A DNA stretch of 64,000 nucleotides. It comes from Chloroflexota bacterium. GTDB taxonomy: Bacteria > Chloroflexota > UBA11872. Made by a program: the position numbers and the translations under genes. Positions 9,919 through 20,073 of the stretch are shown here, piece after piece. Position 1 is the stretch's first letter. Each line of letters starts with the position of its first letter. The notes under the pieces were generated by a model, which was not told the origin of the DNA, searched no databases, and worked only from the letters and a program-made list of their open reading frames with translations. The stretch covers positions 9,372 to 73,371 of the forward strand of contig JAPOVQ010000013.1 in NCBI GenBank assembly GCA_026708035.1. Reading direction: 5' to 3'.

Positions 9919-10617
9919 CTAGACCGCCTCCCCGTTCGTGATCCGGCCGTCCAGCATCTCGACGATCCGGCCGCAGGCCTCGCCGACGCGGGGATCGTGG
10001 GTGACCATCAGGATCGTCTGCTGGCGCTCGGTGTTGAACCGGCGCAGCAGGTCCAGGACCTCGTTCGTGCTCTCCGAGTCGAGGTTCCCCGTCGGCTCGT
10101 CGGCCAGCATCAGGTCGGGCTGGGTCACCAGCGCCCGGGCGACGGCGACGCGCTGCTGCTGGCCGCCCGAGAGCTCCGTCGGCCGGTGGTCGGCCCGATC
10201 CGCGAGCCCAACCCAGTCCAGCGCCTCCGCCGCCGCTTTCATGGCCTCGGACCGGCGGCGGCCCGCATATTCGGCCGGCAGCGCCACGTTTTCGATGGCC
10301 GTCAGCGTGGGCACCAGGTTGAACGCCTGGAAAACGAAACCCATCCGTTCCGCCCGCATCTTGGTGCGCTCGCGGTCCGACAGGTCGGCCACGTCCGTGC
10401 CGCCGATCACCAGGCTGGCCGGCGGGTCCGAGTCGTCGGGCGAGTGCAGCAGGCCCAGGATGTGCATCAGGGTGCTCTTGCCGCAGCCCGAAGGACCCAT
10501 AATCCCCACCATCTCCCCGGCCTCGATGGAAATGTCGGCGCCGCGCAGCGCGAGCACGTGATTCTGTCGGCCGAGCCGATAGGTCTTATGCAGGTGGCGG
10601 GCCTCGAGGAATGCCAT
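9919..10617 (-). CDS. ABC transporter ATP-binding protein (MacB/LolD/FtsE-like).
   Basis: Walker A GPSGCGKST, signature LSGGQQQRVAVARAL, Walker B LMLADEPTGNLD. Confidence 0.85.
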   Translation of the reverse strand: MAFLEARHLHKTYRLGRQNHVLALRGADISIEAGEMVGIMGPSGCGKSTLMHILGLLHSPDDSDPPASLVIGGTDVADLSDRERTKMRAERMGFVFQAFNLVPTLTAIENVALPAEYAGRRRSEAMKAAAEALDWVGLADRADHRPTELSGGQQQRVAVARALVTQPDLMLADEPTGNLDSESTNEVLDLLRRFNTERQQTILMVTHDPRVGEACGRIVEMLDGRITNGEAV

Positions 10618-10624
10618 GCGCGCC

Positions 10625-11812
10625 TTACTCGTACCTGAGCGCCTGGACCGGATCGAGCCGGGCGGCGTTCCAGGCCGGCAGCAGTCCGGCCACCGCGCCG
10701 AGCACGGTGGCGAATGCCAGCGCCACCACCGCGGTCGGCGCCGTTAGTTGGAACAGGATGTTTCCTGAATCGCGTCCAAGCTCGTTCGCCACGCTTACCA
10801 CGATGGCGCCGAGCCCCAGTCCCAGCAGGCCGCCGAGCAGGCCGATGCTGGCGGCCTCGATCACGATCTCGCGCATGATCCGTCCGCGGGTGGCCCCGAT
10901 CGCTCGCTTGATGCCGATCTCGCGCGTCCGCTCCGCCACGCTCATGGCCATGGTGTTGATCACCGACAGGCCGCCCACGACCAGGCTGATGAGGCCGATG
11001 CCGATGACGATGGCGTTGAAGATCTCCGTCGCCGAGGTGATCTCCTGGTCGAAGTCCGTCCCTGTCAGCGTGCCCACTTGCGCCACGCTGGCCTCGATGG
11101 CGTCGGCCAGGTCTTCCGTGTCCACACCCGCTTCCGGATAGACGGTCGCCTGGGAAATCAATTGGTCGGCTCCCAGGCCGGCCGTGGCCAGAATGGGCGC
11201 GTCGGCGGCGAGCAGCGCCTGGGCCGCCTGGAGCGGGACGAAAGCGAAGGTGTCAGGGCCGGTCAGGGTCGGCTCGAGAACGCCGATGACGTCGAATTGC
11301 ACCCGACGCAGTTCGATGGAGTCGCCGGCGCGCTTGCCGAACTTCCGGGCGAGATCGGCGCCCAGGACCACCACGTTCGCTCCTTCGTCGTCCGGCGTCG
11401 TCAGCCGCCCTTGGGCCGCCCGGACCTGCAACGCTTCACGCCCCTGGTCGGCGTCCGCGACGGCGCCGACGATGAAGTCCGGCAGACCGAAGCCCCCGCC
11501 CCCCGCCTCGTTCGGATCGAGCAGCAGCTGGACTTCGGGAACCACGACCGCTACCCCGGGAACGTTGGCAATCTGGTCGGCCACGCTGAGCGGCATTGGG
11601 GTGGACCCGAGGCCAAACGCGGGATTCGTGGCATCGCTGACGATGATCTTGTCCTGGTAGTAGGTCGAACCGCCGTCGACGATGAAGCTGATTCGGTTCG
11701 CCATCGAACTCATCACGACCAGCACCCAAATCCCGATCGTGATGCCGACGACGGTTAGCGCCGTACGGAATCTCCGGCGGGCCAGGTTGCGCAGAATTCG
11801 GATGACGTACAT
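10625..11812 (-). CDS. ABC transporter permease, FtsX/MacB-type.
   Basis: Track ORF 10625..11890 trimmed to MYVIRILRNLARRRFRTALTVVGITIGIWVLVV. A large periplasmic loop is followed by C-terminal TM helices (FtsX-like). Adjacent to, and co-oriented with, the ATPase. Confidence 0.75.
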   Translation of the reverse strand: MYVIRILRNLARRRFRTALTVVGITIGIWVLVVMSSMANRISFIVDGGSTYYQDKIIVSDATNPAFGLGSTPMPLSVADQIANVPGVAVVVPEVQLLLDPNEAGGGGFGLPDFIVGAVADADQGREALQVRAAQGRLTTPDDEGANVVVLGADLARKFGKRAGDSIELRRVQFDVIGVLEPTLTGPDTFAFVPLQAAQALLAADAPILATAGLGADQLISQATVYPEAGVDTEDLADAIEASVAQVGTLTGTDFDQEITSATEIFNAIVIGIGLISLVVGGLSVINTMAMSVAERTREIGIKRAIGATRGRIMREIVIEAASIGLLGGLLGLGLGAIVVSVANELGRDSGNILFQLTAPTAVVALAFATVLGAVAGLLPAWNAARLDPVQALRYE

Positions 11813-11924
11813 CAGGTGCGTGCTCGGCAAACGGGTCAGGCGGCAGCCAGGCGGAACGGTACCGCACGGACCGGCCTTGAGATGTAGCAACGGTCACAAA
11901 CGATGCCGCCCCCCCGCTGTCTCT

Positions 11925-12140
11925 CGGCGCCCGACGCCCTCACCCTTGAGGAGACCCTTGCCTAGTCCCTCCAGTACAGATTTGAGGGCAGGTCGGGTCC
12001 CCTCTCCCTTGATGGGAGAGGGCTAGGGTGAGGGTGATTCGCGGCTTGGGAATGGGATGTCGACCATTCATTCAAAGGTCTCCTCGAGGGAGAGGGTTGG
12101 GGTGAGGGGGTCCCCTGGCACTCCCGCACCGTTTGTCGCC
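11925..12140. repeat. Cluster of palindromic intergenic repeats (module B: CCCCTCACCC..GGGAGAGGG).
   Basis: ggtcccctctcccttgatgggagagggctagggtgaggg and gagggagagggttggggtgagggggtcccc. The same module recurs at ~13085-13215, 25150-25300 and 49915-50055. Confidence 0.7.
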
Positions 12141-12148
12141 CCGCGCCC

Positions 12149-12718
12149 TCAGCTCCCGTCCAGCGTCCCCTCCACCTCGAGAATCGCGTCGAGAATCGTG
12201 CTGAGCGACGGACGGTCGCCAATGTTCGTACCCACCTGGCGCCAATGCACCACGCGCCACTTCCCGATCAGCAGCACCGCCGGCGCGGCCACATCGTCCT
12301 TTAGCAGATTGAATACGCCGAAGCTCTCGGCCACCGCGTGATCAGGGTCGGCGAGGATCGGGTATTCGGCGCGCACGTACCGGGCCATATCCGCGGCTCC
12401 CTCGACATCGTCCGTGCTGATGGCGACCGGTCGATACCCCACCTCGGCGAAGAGGGGAATGGCTCCCTGCAGCTCCACGAGCTGCGCGCGGCAGATTCCT
12501 CAGAAGAAGCCCCGGTAGAACACCAGGATGACGCCTTGACCGTCCTCAACCAGGCCCGAGAGCGTCACCGCGTTCCCGTGCGCGTCCTGCACGGTGAAGT
12601 CCGGCGCGATCTCCGCGCCCTCCGGCGGACCCTCCTCGCCGCACGCCAATAGCAAGCTGCCGACCAGCGCGACGGCGGCCAAAACGACCAAGGATTTCAT
12701 GCGGCAAGGATACGGCAC
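12149..12718 (-). CDS. Thioredoxin-fold redoxin (AhpC/TSA_2 / PRXL2-like thiol-disulfide oxidoreductase) lipoprotein, interrupted by an in-frame TGA at 12500..12502 within a UxxC motif. Candidate selenoprotein; alternatively a nonsense pseudogene.
   Basis: Track ORFs 12500..12718 and 12149..12478 are in the same frame (12502-12478=24). Read-through gives MKSLVVLAAVALVGSLLLAC(lipobox)...GQGVILVFYRGFF-[TGA]-GICRAQLVELQGAIPLFAEVGYRPVAISTDDVEGAADMARYV... The R-G-F-x-[C/U]-x-x-C-R block resembles the redox motif of AhpC/TSA_2-type proteins. Confidence 0.5.
12463..12490 (-). promoter_or_regulatory. Candidate bacterial SECIS-like hairpin ~12 nt downstream of the in-frame UGA.
   Basis: The mRNA reads UGA-GGAAUCUGCCGC-GCAGCUC-GUG-GAGCUGC-AGGG. 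The arms GCAGCUC/GAGCUGC are a perfect 7-bp stem (or 6 bp with a CGUGG loop containing G/U). Coordinates are +/-2 nt. Confidence 0.3.
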
Positions 12719-12769
12719 CTACCATCGCCCGTTCGCCCTGAGCCTGTCGAAGGGCGAGCCTCCCGACCA

Positions 12770-13260
12770 CTTCCGCGCCCCCCTCTGTCATTCCGGCGAC
12801 GCCTGTCCCCGCGCAGGCGGGGAGCCGGAATCCAAGTCCGGTCAATCCTGCCCGGTGGCCCAGGCTGCGGGCAGCCTGGGAGATACAACCACGGCCAGTC
12901 CCACGTCGCACGCTGTGCGGGCCACCGAGACGCCAACCCAAAGAACCTCGTCGGCCCCACCGTCATTCCGAGAGCAGCGAGGAATCCAGGACGTTCGTCC
13001 ACGGCCGCCGGAAGTGACGCGTCACCCCTCCGTCATTCCCGCGTAGGCGGGAATCTACCCCGAGTTGATCCCCGAGCCGGAATCCCACGTCCGGCTCCCT
13101 CTCCCCACCGTGGGAGAGGGTTGGGGTGAGGGGGCCGCGCTGACTCGTCATTCTGGCGAAGGCCCGAATCCAGTCCGGCTCCCGCTCCCACGGGGAGAGG
13201 GTCGGGGTGAGGGGGACCGTCACCGACCGTTTGCGGCGGCACTTATCACCCGCCGCTATA
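12770..13260. repeat. Dense array of palindromic repeats (modules A, B and C).
   Basis: Module A (GTCATTCC..GGAATCCAG) occurs four times: gtcattccggcgacgcctgtccccgcgcaggcggggagccggaatccaag, cgtcattccgagagcagcgaggaatccagg, ccgtcattcccgcgtaggcgggaatc, cgtcattctggcgaaggcccgaatccag. They are interleaved with module B (ctctccccaccgtgggagagggttggggtgaggggg; ctcccgctcccacggggagagggtcggggtgaggggg) and a partial module C (ggcccaggctgcgggcagcctgggag). Confidence 0.75.
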
Positions 13261-13304
13261 GACTGGCCTCACCCCCGGCCGCCCGGCCTCACCTGGACTC
13301 CGCC

Positions 13305-14516
13305 ATGCGCATTACCCGCGTGCGGCTCTTCGAGCTTCACGGCGAGCTCGACTACGACGGCGAGCTGTGGGAAGAGCGCGTCGTTCGCCCCATCGACGTC
13401 TACCCCGAGCACAAGCACGAGCGCGGCTATCCCATAGCGAGCGGCGGCGTCGGGCAGCAGCGCAACGCGCATGGCGCCTATCCAGTCTCGTCGATCTTCG
13501 TCTCGGTCGAGACCGACGAGGGCATCACCGGCCTGGCGGGGACCATCGACCGGCAAACGGCCTTCGTCATCGACACCGACGTCGCGCCACACGTCATCGG
13601 CGAGGACCCGCTGGCCATCGAGCGCATTTGGGACAAGCTCTACCGCCAGCTCATCCATGCCCGCAAGGGCCAGCCCATGTTCGCCATCAGTGCCCTCGAC
13701 GTGGCGCTGTGGGACCTCAAGGGCAAGTGGCTCGGCCAGCCGGTTTACCGTCTGCTGGGCGGTCCCGTGCGAGAAAGTATCCCGGCCTACGCCAGCATGC
13801 TCGGCTATTCGCTCCAGCCCGACCGCGTCGCCGCCCGCGCGCGCCAGGTCGTGGACGCCGGCTTCACCGCCACCAAGTGGTTCATGCGCCACGGTCCCGA
13901 CGACGGCGAGCCGGGCGCCCGCGCCAACGTGGAGCTGGCGCGAACCGTGCGCGAGGCCGTAGGCGACGACGTCGAGGTGATGCTCGACGCCTGGAACAGC
14001 TGGAACGCGCGCTACGCCATCGACATGGCCCGGCGCATGGCCGAATTCCGCCCGCGCTGGATCGAGGAGCCGGTCAAGCCCGACGACATCCCGGCCTATG
14101 CCCGCATCCGCGCCGCCTCACCCGTGCCGATTGCCGGCGGCGAGCACGAATACACCCGCTGGGGCACGCGCGACTACATGCGCGCCGGCGCCGTCGACGT
14201 GTTCCAGCCCGACACCATGTGGTGCGGCGGCATCAGCGAGACCATGAAGATGGCCACCATCTGCTCGGTCTACGACGTCCCGATCATTCTCCACGGATCC
14301 AGCGTGCCGGTGAACGTCCACGTCAGCGCGGCGCTGCCGCCCACCCTCTGCCCCTACGTCGAATACCTCATCAAGTGGAACGACATCCGCCAACTGCACC
14401 TCGAGCACAAAACCCAGCCCGTCAACGGCCGCATCGCCCCCACCAACACCCCCGGCCTCGGCCTCGACATCGACGAATCCACCGTCACCGAGAGGCGCGA
14501 GCTCTCCTGGCGGTAG
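13305..14516 (+). CDS. Enolase-superfamily (mandelate racemase/muconate lactonizing enzyme family) dehydratase, L-rhamnonate dehydratase (RhmD)-like.
   Basis: Track ORF 13065..14516 trimmed to MRITRVRLFEL at 13305; the upstream part is translated repeat sequence. ISALDVALWDLKGKWLGQPVYRLLGG, AGGEHE, DVFQPDTMWCGG, ILHGSSVPVNVH and PVNGRI match the corresponding RhmD blocks. Confidence 0.75.
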   Translation: MRITRVRLFELHGELDYDGELWEERVVRPIDVYPEHKHERGYPIASGGVGQQRNAHGAYPVSSIFVSVETDEGITGLAGTIDRQTAFVIDTDVAPHVIGEDPLAIERIWDKLYRQLIHARKGQPMFAISALDVALWDLKGKWLGQPVYRLLGGPVRESIPAYASMLGYSLQPDRVAARARQVVDAGFTATKWFMRHGPDDGEPGARANVELARTVREAVGDDVEVMLDAWNSWNARYAIDMARRMAEFRPRWIEEPVKPDDIPAYARIRAASPVPIAGGEHEYTRWGTRDYMRAGAVDVFQPDTMWCGGISETMKMATICSVYDVPIILHGSSVPVNVHVSAALPPTLCPYVEYLIKWNDIRQLHLEHKTQPVNGRIAPTNTPGLGLDIDESTVTERRELSWR

Positions 14517-14550
14517 CCGCGCCCTTGCGCGGGTTGAGTTGGGAAGGGCG

Positions 14551-14570
14551 GCAAACGGTTTTCCGTTTGC
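14551..14570. terminator. Hairpin gcaaacgg-tttt-ccgtttgc between convergent genes; bidirectional terminator candidate.
   Basis: 8-bp perfect stem with a 4-nt loop, flanked by a T-run on one side (ggttttcc). It lies between the stop of 13305..14516 (+) and the stop of 14611..20073 (-). Confidence 0.45.
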
Positions 14571-14610
14571 GACCTTTACCAAACCGTCCTCAACGAGGGT
14601 ATGAGTTCGC

Positions 14611-17600
14611 CTAAGCCTCGGCGGCGAGCCATGTGTATACGTGATACGGCTGGCGCGTGATGGTGAAAACGTCGAACGCCTGAACTCTCGCGGCGGGGTG
14701 CGCGGTTAGAGCTGCTGCTGCCGCCTCGTGTTGTTGCCGAGTGTAGTGCGCTGGATCACGCCGCCATAGCGGATGGCCAACGACCGCGATTCGTTCTCCA
14801 TCGGGTGCAACGATCCCTGGCAGCAGCCCAAACTTCTCAAGACGGAGGCCAGGTAACGCGTCTTGGAAACCGCCAACGAACGCGCGTGTCTGCTTGTCGG
14901 CCAGTTGCGCCCACCGATCGAAAGAGGGCGCCTTGCCCAGCGCGGCCTCGGTCAGATCGAGCGCGAGACGCCAGTCGAGCCAACCGTGAAGCTGCCGATT
15001 GTCGTAGCTGCGCAGGCAGTCCGGGCAAGCGGCGTCGCAGGTCTCTGCGTGTGCTGGGTCTTCAAACGTCACGCCAATCTCACGGCGCATCACGTGTAAG
15101 ACTCGCCGCATTGACTCGGGTCGCGCGAGGAAGGCTGCGTATCCTGCCCCATTCTCGAGGCGGTCCGCGACGAAGGCGCGCGCGGTCAACCCACGACTGC
15201 CTCGCCTCGGCTGCAGCCCGATCTGAAGCTCTCTGGAATCTACGTCTAGCTCAGACGCGCAAGCGCGGCGTAGCAACTCCGCGAACGACCACAGCGCCGC
15301 TATTCCACCGGGCATCGCGTCGTTGTCGCGGGGGACGAACCCGCCGGGAATCGGAAGCTCGGAGCGATCAAACGCTACAACCAAAGCGTCGGTGCGCTTC
15401 ACGTAGCCGATGGCGCCCTCGTCATCTGGAGTATTCTCTGGCTCTGGAAAAGGCGAATCTCGCCCGTACAGATCAGGCTGCGGGACTATGACCTCACGTC
15501 CATCTTGGTACATCTCGAATCTTTCGCCGTTGTTGTCGTTCACGACAAAGACGTCAGCCTGTGGATATCGAGTAACGGTGACCATGCCAACCGCAAATGA
15601 TTCGTCATCCTCAGATGTGATTCCTAGCTGCGGCGAAGGCAGTAGTGGACCGCGCTCGGTGTAGTCGTCATAGTCCCTCGGGGCGTACGTCGTGCGGAAT
15701 CCACGAGGCTGGAAAAGTTTGAACCGATTTATGTCGTCGCCATTGCAGACGACGCAACTTCCTTGGTGCTCTCCCTCAACATCCTCAACAATTGACTCGC
15801 AATTGGCACATTGGGCAATTCGCAGGGGCGTACCCAGCGGATTGATGGGGTATGGACTCTGCCCCTGAAACCCCCACGCAGCGAACCCCGCGCAGACATG
15901 TATCTCCTTGTCTCGGAGAACCTCTGCGCCGGGTGCGAAGTCCGAGATCGCCATTTCGAGATCGCGCTGAGCAACAATGGCGCGATCTTGCTCCCGCAGA
16001 CTGCGCGGCTGGTCGCGGTAGAGATCGCGTGAGCGCGTGGGGAATCCAAACATCGGCAGCACGCCGGCCGAGGCCAGACGCTCGCTCAACTCCTGCTGCG
16101 TGTAATTCGGGTTATCGATCGCGGCATCGATCGCACGCACTAGATCCGTACGCAGCCACGGCGCAAGCTGATTCCGCTCGCCGGGGTCTAGTCCAGTGAA
16201 CGCCGTAATCCCCTCGACGATAGAGTCAATCTCATGGGAGTCGCGCAACCACGCCGCGACGGAGGCGCGGTAGGCGGACTTCCAGCCGTCCACACGCCCA
16301 AAGGCGCCGTGAATGCTGTCCCGGCCGGTTCGCGGACGCTCATGCGGCGGCAGATTCCGAAACGCCCGACGCAGGCACTCCGTGGCCACCACGCGGCGGC
16401 TGATTTGGGGCTGCCGCAGGTCCAGGTAGGGATACGGAGGCGGCAGGCCTGCCATGCGCTTCGGGTGGTTGAAATGGAAGTCGTCGTGCGCGCGGTCGCG
16501 GCACAGCGTCAGCGCGTAGGCGAACGGCTGGCCAGTCCGGCCGGCCCGCCCAACGCGCTGCTGGTAGTTGAAGCGCTCGGGCGGCATGTTGGCCATGAGC
16601 ACCGACTCTAGCGACCCAATGTCGACACCCACTTCCATCGTGGTCGTCACGCTCAGCGCGTCGATGCCATGGGTCAGCGGGTTCTCACGCGGTGGATCGA
16701 GACGCGCTCCTTTGAACCACCGCTGCCGCTGGCGCTGAACCGCCAGCGGACGAGTCTGCCCGGTTAACTCCTCGACCCGGAGCCGGCGTGGGCGATCATT
16801 GCGGGCCAGCCAGCCGTAGTAGTCGTCGAATCCATGCTCTCCAGGCCTGTCTTGCAGGCTCGTCGAGAGACAGGCGCCATTCGTACACACGCCGGCACTG
16901 GCGTGCAGGTGGGCGCGGGCGCACGTCCGGCATTCCCAAACGGGCGCGTCCGGCCGCGTGCGCACGACTGCGAACGGGGCGTTCAGGTCGTCCAGTGGCA
17001 AGCGCCAGTGCGCATCGACAACACCTGCGGTTCGCAAGCCTGTCTTGACAGCCTCCCAAAGGTCATTCGCCTCGACGCCGTGCGCGTCGGCAATGGCTGA
17101 TACGTAGTCCTGCAGCACTCTTGGTGCGTTCGGCGAAGGCGGCCAACGGGATCCTGGGCGCCGCCCGGCCAGTCCACAAATGCGAATCGCGCCGAGGACC
17201 AACTGTTCCGCATACTCGCCGCGCAACGGGATATCTGAAATGGGAATTGTGGTCGGCGCGAGATACCCGAGGCGCGCGGATTCCAAGTCGCGGCTCGCCC
17301 TGCCAAACAGGACGTCGGCGGCGTGAACTGCAAGGCGCTCGAGGTGTTCATCGTTGGCCCGCCCACGCAACTCCTGGGAGTCGATTGGCTCCCATTCAAC
17401 TTGCGGCGGGTCGTGGATTCGCCACCACGGCTGGCGGTTCCATTCCTGCACCGAGGCGCCGGGACCCGCCGGGTTCACGCCAAGGCGTACCAGGCGATCT
17501 TGCAAGGCCAGCAATAGGTCACCCCAGGCGCGGCCCGACGGCCGTGCCTGCTCCCGCGCTTCAAACTCGCCAATCAGGCGCTCGTGTTCAGGATCGGCCA

Positions 17601-20073
17601 CACCGCGAGCGCGCAGGAGATAGGCCACCCAAACTTCTTGGTGCAGCCGTTGCAGGCGGCCTGCGACTGTGGCCTCGGACGAGGCAAGCGACTTGCCGTC
17701 TGCTGCTCGCCGCAGGATCTCCGCAGGGGAGGCAAACTCCGCCAACTCCGTGCATATGAGTTGACGCACGAGGTCGCGGAAGTGGTTCAACTCCAGTCCC
17801 GCAGCCGTGGCTGCGGCATCCGCACGGCTGTCTGTAAAGACGATCGTTCGCGACGGTTCGTCTTCGGAACCCAAGCTGGCGAGCAAGCGGTCCGTGATGA
17901 TCTGGCCAGTAACCGCGACCCGGGTCGTGTGCGCTCGGACCGGCGAGCGGACGACGCCGCGGAAGAACAGCCGAGGGTCACGATTCCATCCTCTCGATTG
18001 ACAATGGGGGCAAGATTCGGGCAGTGCTGGTGCCCGATGCTTGCCGCTGCGGGATTGCGACGGAACGTTGAACATTGTTCCTGTTGCGCTCCCGACGGCG
18101 CGTGGCTGGAGCAGCCCCGTACGGTGACTGTACGCGGCAGGCACGAAACTGAACGTGGCAGAACTCGTCGCCCCAGGCGGCGTATGCGTCCAGTCTTTGA
18201 TGTGCTGTGCACCGCGCCGCGGCCAATACCACATGTAGTCGCCCCACTTACGCCGGTGCACTGGCGCAACATCCCACTCGGCGAGCTCGGTCGGTCCCGG
18301 ACCGAGGTACCAACACAGCTCGTTGTTCCCCACAGCAGGCGGCCGGACCGCAAACCCGCCCAGGAAAGTCTCGCCACACTGATCGCAGCAAAGGAGTTCA
18401 AGCACCCGGCTTCCGCAGGCGCACGTATGGGTTGGTCGCGCAAACAGCTTTCCGATGCGGCGGTCGGGCGAGCGCCAGCGATCGTCAACCGCCGGGCACT
18501 CGGGGTTGCTGCACGCCCAGAGCCCACGAATCGTCCGCACAAACATGTGCGCGCGGAAGGTCGGCTCGCCCCGCCGTGCCTTGTCCCTTGCGACGGCGGC
18601 GAGCACGGCGTCCAGCGCTTGGTCTTTTTCAGCCGTTGCCGGCGCATCGAATAAACGCTCGTCGACCTCGACTCGCGTAGTTGGCTGCGGTGCGCCCGAT
18701 TCGTCAAGGCACGCGCTGGCCAGTGCGGCGCGAAGGTCGTCGCGCTCAAGCGCCTGCCGTAGGCGCAGGTCGGTCGCAAGCGAAGCATCCGCGTGATCAA
18801 GCTCGCCGTAGGTCGCCCGAGAAAGCGGCTGATTCGGTCTGATCTCGCTTGGCTTGCCAGGAATGATCGCAAACGTCTCGCGCGGTACGCCGAAGAACTG
18901 TTCGAGAAACCCGCGCCCCGCATTGTCTTGAGCCAGGGACGCGCTTGTCGCGACGCAGCGCAACTGCGGTGAATTGGGAGCGAGCCCCAGGCGACGCAAC
19001 ATGTTCCGGATGACTAGCGCCACTTCGCTGCCTTGCGTGCCTCGGTAGAGATGCAGCTCGTCAACCACTAACGTGAACGTGTGATCGACGCTCTGGGCGA
19101 GCCAGGCTGCGGTCTGCTCGAATAGCGGTTCCTCGCGGTGGCGCATGAGCATGACGTTGAGCATGGAGAAGTTCGTGACTAGGATGTCTGGCGGATCCGC
19201 CACCATGTCCCACCGCGTGAGCAACTCCCCTTCGCGGGGATCGGGAAACTGAACGCGAGTCGAGCGGTCAAGCTGGACAATAGAGTCACATTCATGTTCC
19301 ATTGAGCGAAGCGCTTCCGCCGCCTCGCGAACGCTTGGATGACTGTTCAGCCTTGGACGGTCGCCAGCGCCGAGCGTCACGCCGGTGTACCGGCCAAAGT
19401 AGAGGCGCCGTGAACCCTCGTCCCGCAGGCGCGATACGGCTGACCGCAAGCGCGAAATCTGATCCTCAACCAGCGCGTTGGTTGGATACAGGATCATGGC
19501 CCGCATGGCCGCTGGTCGCTCCGCGCTCGACCTAACGCTCCGCCACCTACCGCCGCTTTCCCGCCACCAGCGATGTTCGTCACGGTCGTTGGGCCACGCG
19601 CGCGACTCCGCTAGCAGCCGGGCGAAGATGGGAAGTAGGAAGCACTCAGTCTTGCCGGAGCCGGTACCCGAAGTGACGGCGGCGTTGCGTTGTGACGCAC
19701 CATCCCGTAGCAGCGTGGACAGCGCCTGGACTTGATGCTCGCGCAAACGGAAGTGCCCGTCCTCACTAAACAGCGCAGCGCCAAGGAGATCGGCGGTCTC
19801 GCGATCAGTGCCTATCGAAGCGCAAGCATCGAAGATGGAAGTGGTGGATGGGTAGGACAGGACAGGCTCGATGAGCGGATCGGTGAACACCGTGCCAGGG
19901 CGCTCCAAGAGCTCGCGCCGCTCGTGCAGCATCGCGTCGTCTCGCAGCCAGAGCGCCGTGTCGTAGTAGCGCAGGTAGCTGTCGCGGATGTCCTGATAAA
20001 GCGCGGCGGGCCCGCCGCGGCTGCGCATCGCGTTGGTCAAATCGCGACTCCATTCGACTGCAGGCGAGTCCAC
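14611..20073 (-). CDS. Giant (1820 aa) DEXH-box helicase with a central Zn-ribbon and a C-terminal DUF1998/MrfA-like Cys cluster. DruE-like (Druantia) defense helicase.
   Basis: Motif [17 protein letters not shown], motif [19 protein letters not shown], internal [20 protein letters not shown], helicase-C motifs [39 protein letters not shown], and C-terminal [31 protein letters not shown]. Its start overlaps the upstream gene by 37 nt. Confidence 0.65.
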   Translation of the reverse strand: MDSPAVEWSRDLTNAMRSRGGPAALYQDIRDSYLRYYDTALWLRDDAMLHERRELLERPGTVFTDPLIEPVLSYPSTTSIFDACASIGTDRETADLLGAALFSEDGHFRLREHQVQALSTLLRDGASQRNAAVTSGTGSGKTECFLLPIFARLLAESRAWPNDRDEHRWWRESGGRWRSVRSSAERPAAMRAMILYPTNALVEDQISRLRSAVSRLRDEGSRRLYFGRYTGVTLGAGDRPRLNSHPSVREAAEALRSMEHECDSIVQLDRSTRVQFPDPREGELLTRWDMVADPPDILVTNFSMLNVMLMRHREEPLFEQTAAWLAQSVDHTFTLVVDELHLYRGTQGSEVALVIRNMLRRLGLAPNSPQLRCVATSASLAQDNAGRGFLEQFFGVPRETFAIIPGKPSEIRPNQPLSRATYGELDHADASLATDLRLRQALERDDLRAALASACLDESGAPQPTTRVEVDERLFDAPATAEKDQALDAVLAAVARDKARRGEPTFRAHMFVRTIRGLWACSNPECPAVDDRWRSPDRRIGKLFARPTHTCACGSRVLELLCCDQCGETFLGGFAVRPPAVGNNELCWYLGPGPTELAEWDVAPVHRRKWGDYMWYWPRRGAQHIKDWTHTPPGATSSATFSFVPAAYSHRTGLLQPRAVGSATGTMFNVPSQSRSGKHRAPALPESCPHCQSRGWNRDPRLFFRGVVRSPVRAHTTRVAVTGQIITDRLLASLGSEDEPSRTIVFTDSRADAAATAAGLELNHFRDLVRQLICTELAEFASPAEILRRAADGKSLASSEATVAGRLQRLHQEVWVAYLLRARGVADPEHERLIGEFEAREQARPSGRAWGDLLLALQDRLVRLGVNPAGPGASVQEWNRQPWWRIHDPPQVEWEPIDSQELRGRANDEHLERLAVHAADVLFGRASRDLESARLGYLAPTTIPISDIPLRGEYAEQLVLGAIRICGLAGRRPGSRWPPSPNAPRVLQDYVSAIADAHGVEANDLWEAVKTGLRTAGVVDAHWRLPLDDLNAPFAVVRTRPDAPVWECRTCARAHLHASAGVCTNGACLSTSLQDRPGEHGFDDYYGWLARNDRPRRLRVEELTGQTRPLAVQRQRQRWFKGARLDPPRENPLTHGIDALSVTTTMEVGVDIGSLESVLMANMPPERFNYQQRVGRAGRTGQPFAYALTLCRDRAHDDFHFNHPKRMAGLPPPYPYLDLRQPQISRRVVATECLRRAFRNLPPHERPRTGRDSIHGAFGRVDGWKSAYRASVAAWLRDSHEIDSIVEGITAFTGLDPGERNQLAPWLRTDLVRAIDAAIDNPNYTQQELSERLASAGVLPMFGFPTRSRDLYRDQPRSLREQDRAIVAQRDLEMAISDFAPGAEVLRDKEIHVCAGFAAWGFQGQSPYPINPLGTPLRIAQCANCESIVEDVEGEHQGSCVVCNGDDINRFKLFQPRGFRTTYAPRDYDDYTERGPLLPSPQLGITSEDDESFAVGMVTVTRYPQADVFVVNDNNGERFEMYQDGREVIVPQPDLYGRDSPFPEPENTPDDEGAIGYVKRTDALVVAFDRSELPIPGGFVPRDNDAMPGGIAALWSFAELLRRACASELDVDSRELQIGLQPRRGSRGLTARAFVADRLENGAGYAAFLARPESMRRVLHVMRREIGVTFEDPAHAETCDAACPDCLRSYDNRQLHGWLDWRLALDLTEAALGKAPSFDRWAQLADKQTRAFVGGFQDALPGLRLEKFGLLPGIVAPDGERIAVVGHPLWRRDPAHYTRQQHEAAAAALTAHPAARVQAFDVFTITRQPYHVYTWLAAEA

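Noticed and set aside
9721-10638. 305 aa plus-strand ORF
   Set aside because: It runs through the tRNA-Lys gene and is antisense to the well-supported ABC ATPase gene. High-GC shadow ORF.
12546-13242. Multiple short ORFs (e.g. 12594..13046, 12697..13002, 12963..13223, 13033..13242) and the N-terminal extension of 13065..14516
   Set aside because: They are translations of the palindromic repeat modules (the characteristic SPRERG/GEGWGEG/IPAFAGMT-type peptides), not genes.
17584-18923. ORFs 17584..18654 (+), 17787..18923 (-), 17121..17759 (+), 14805..15491 (+) and others inside 14611..20073
   Set aside because: Antisense or out-of-frame within the helicase gene, which has unmistakable ordered helicase motifs.
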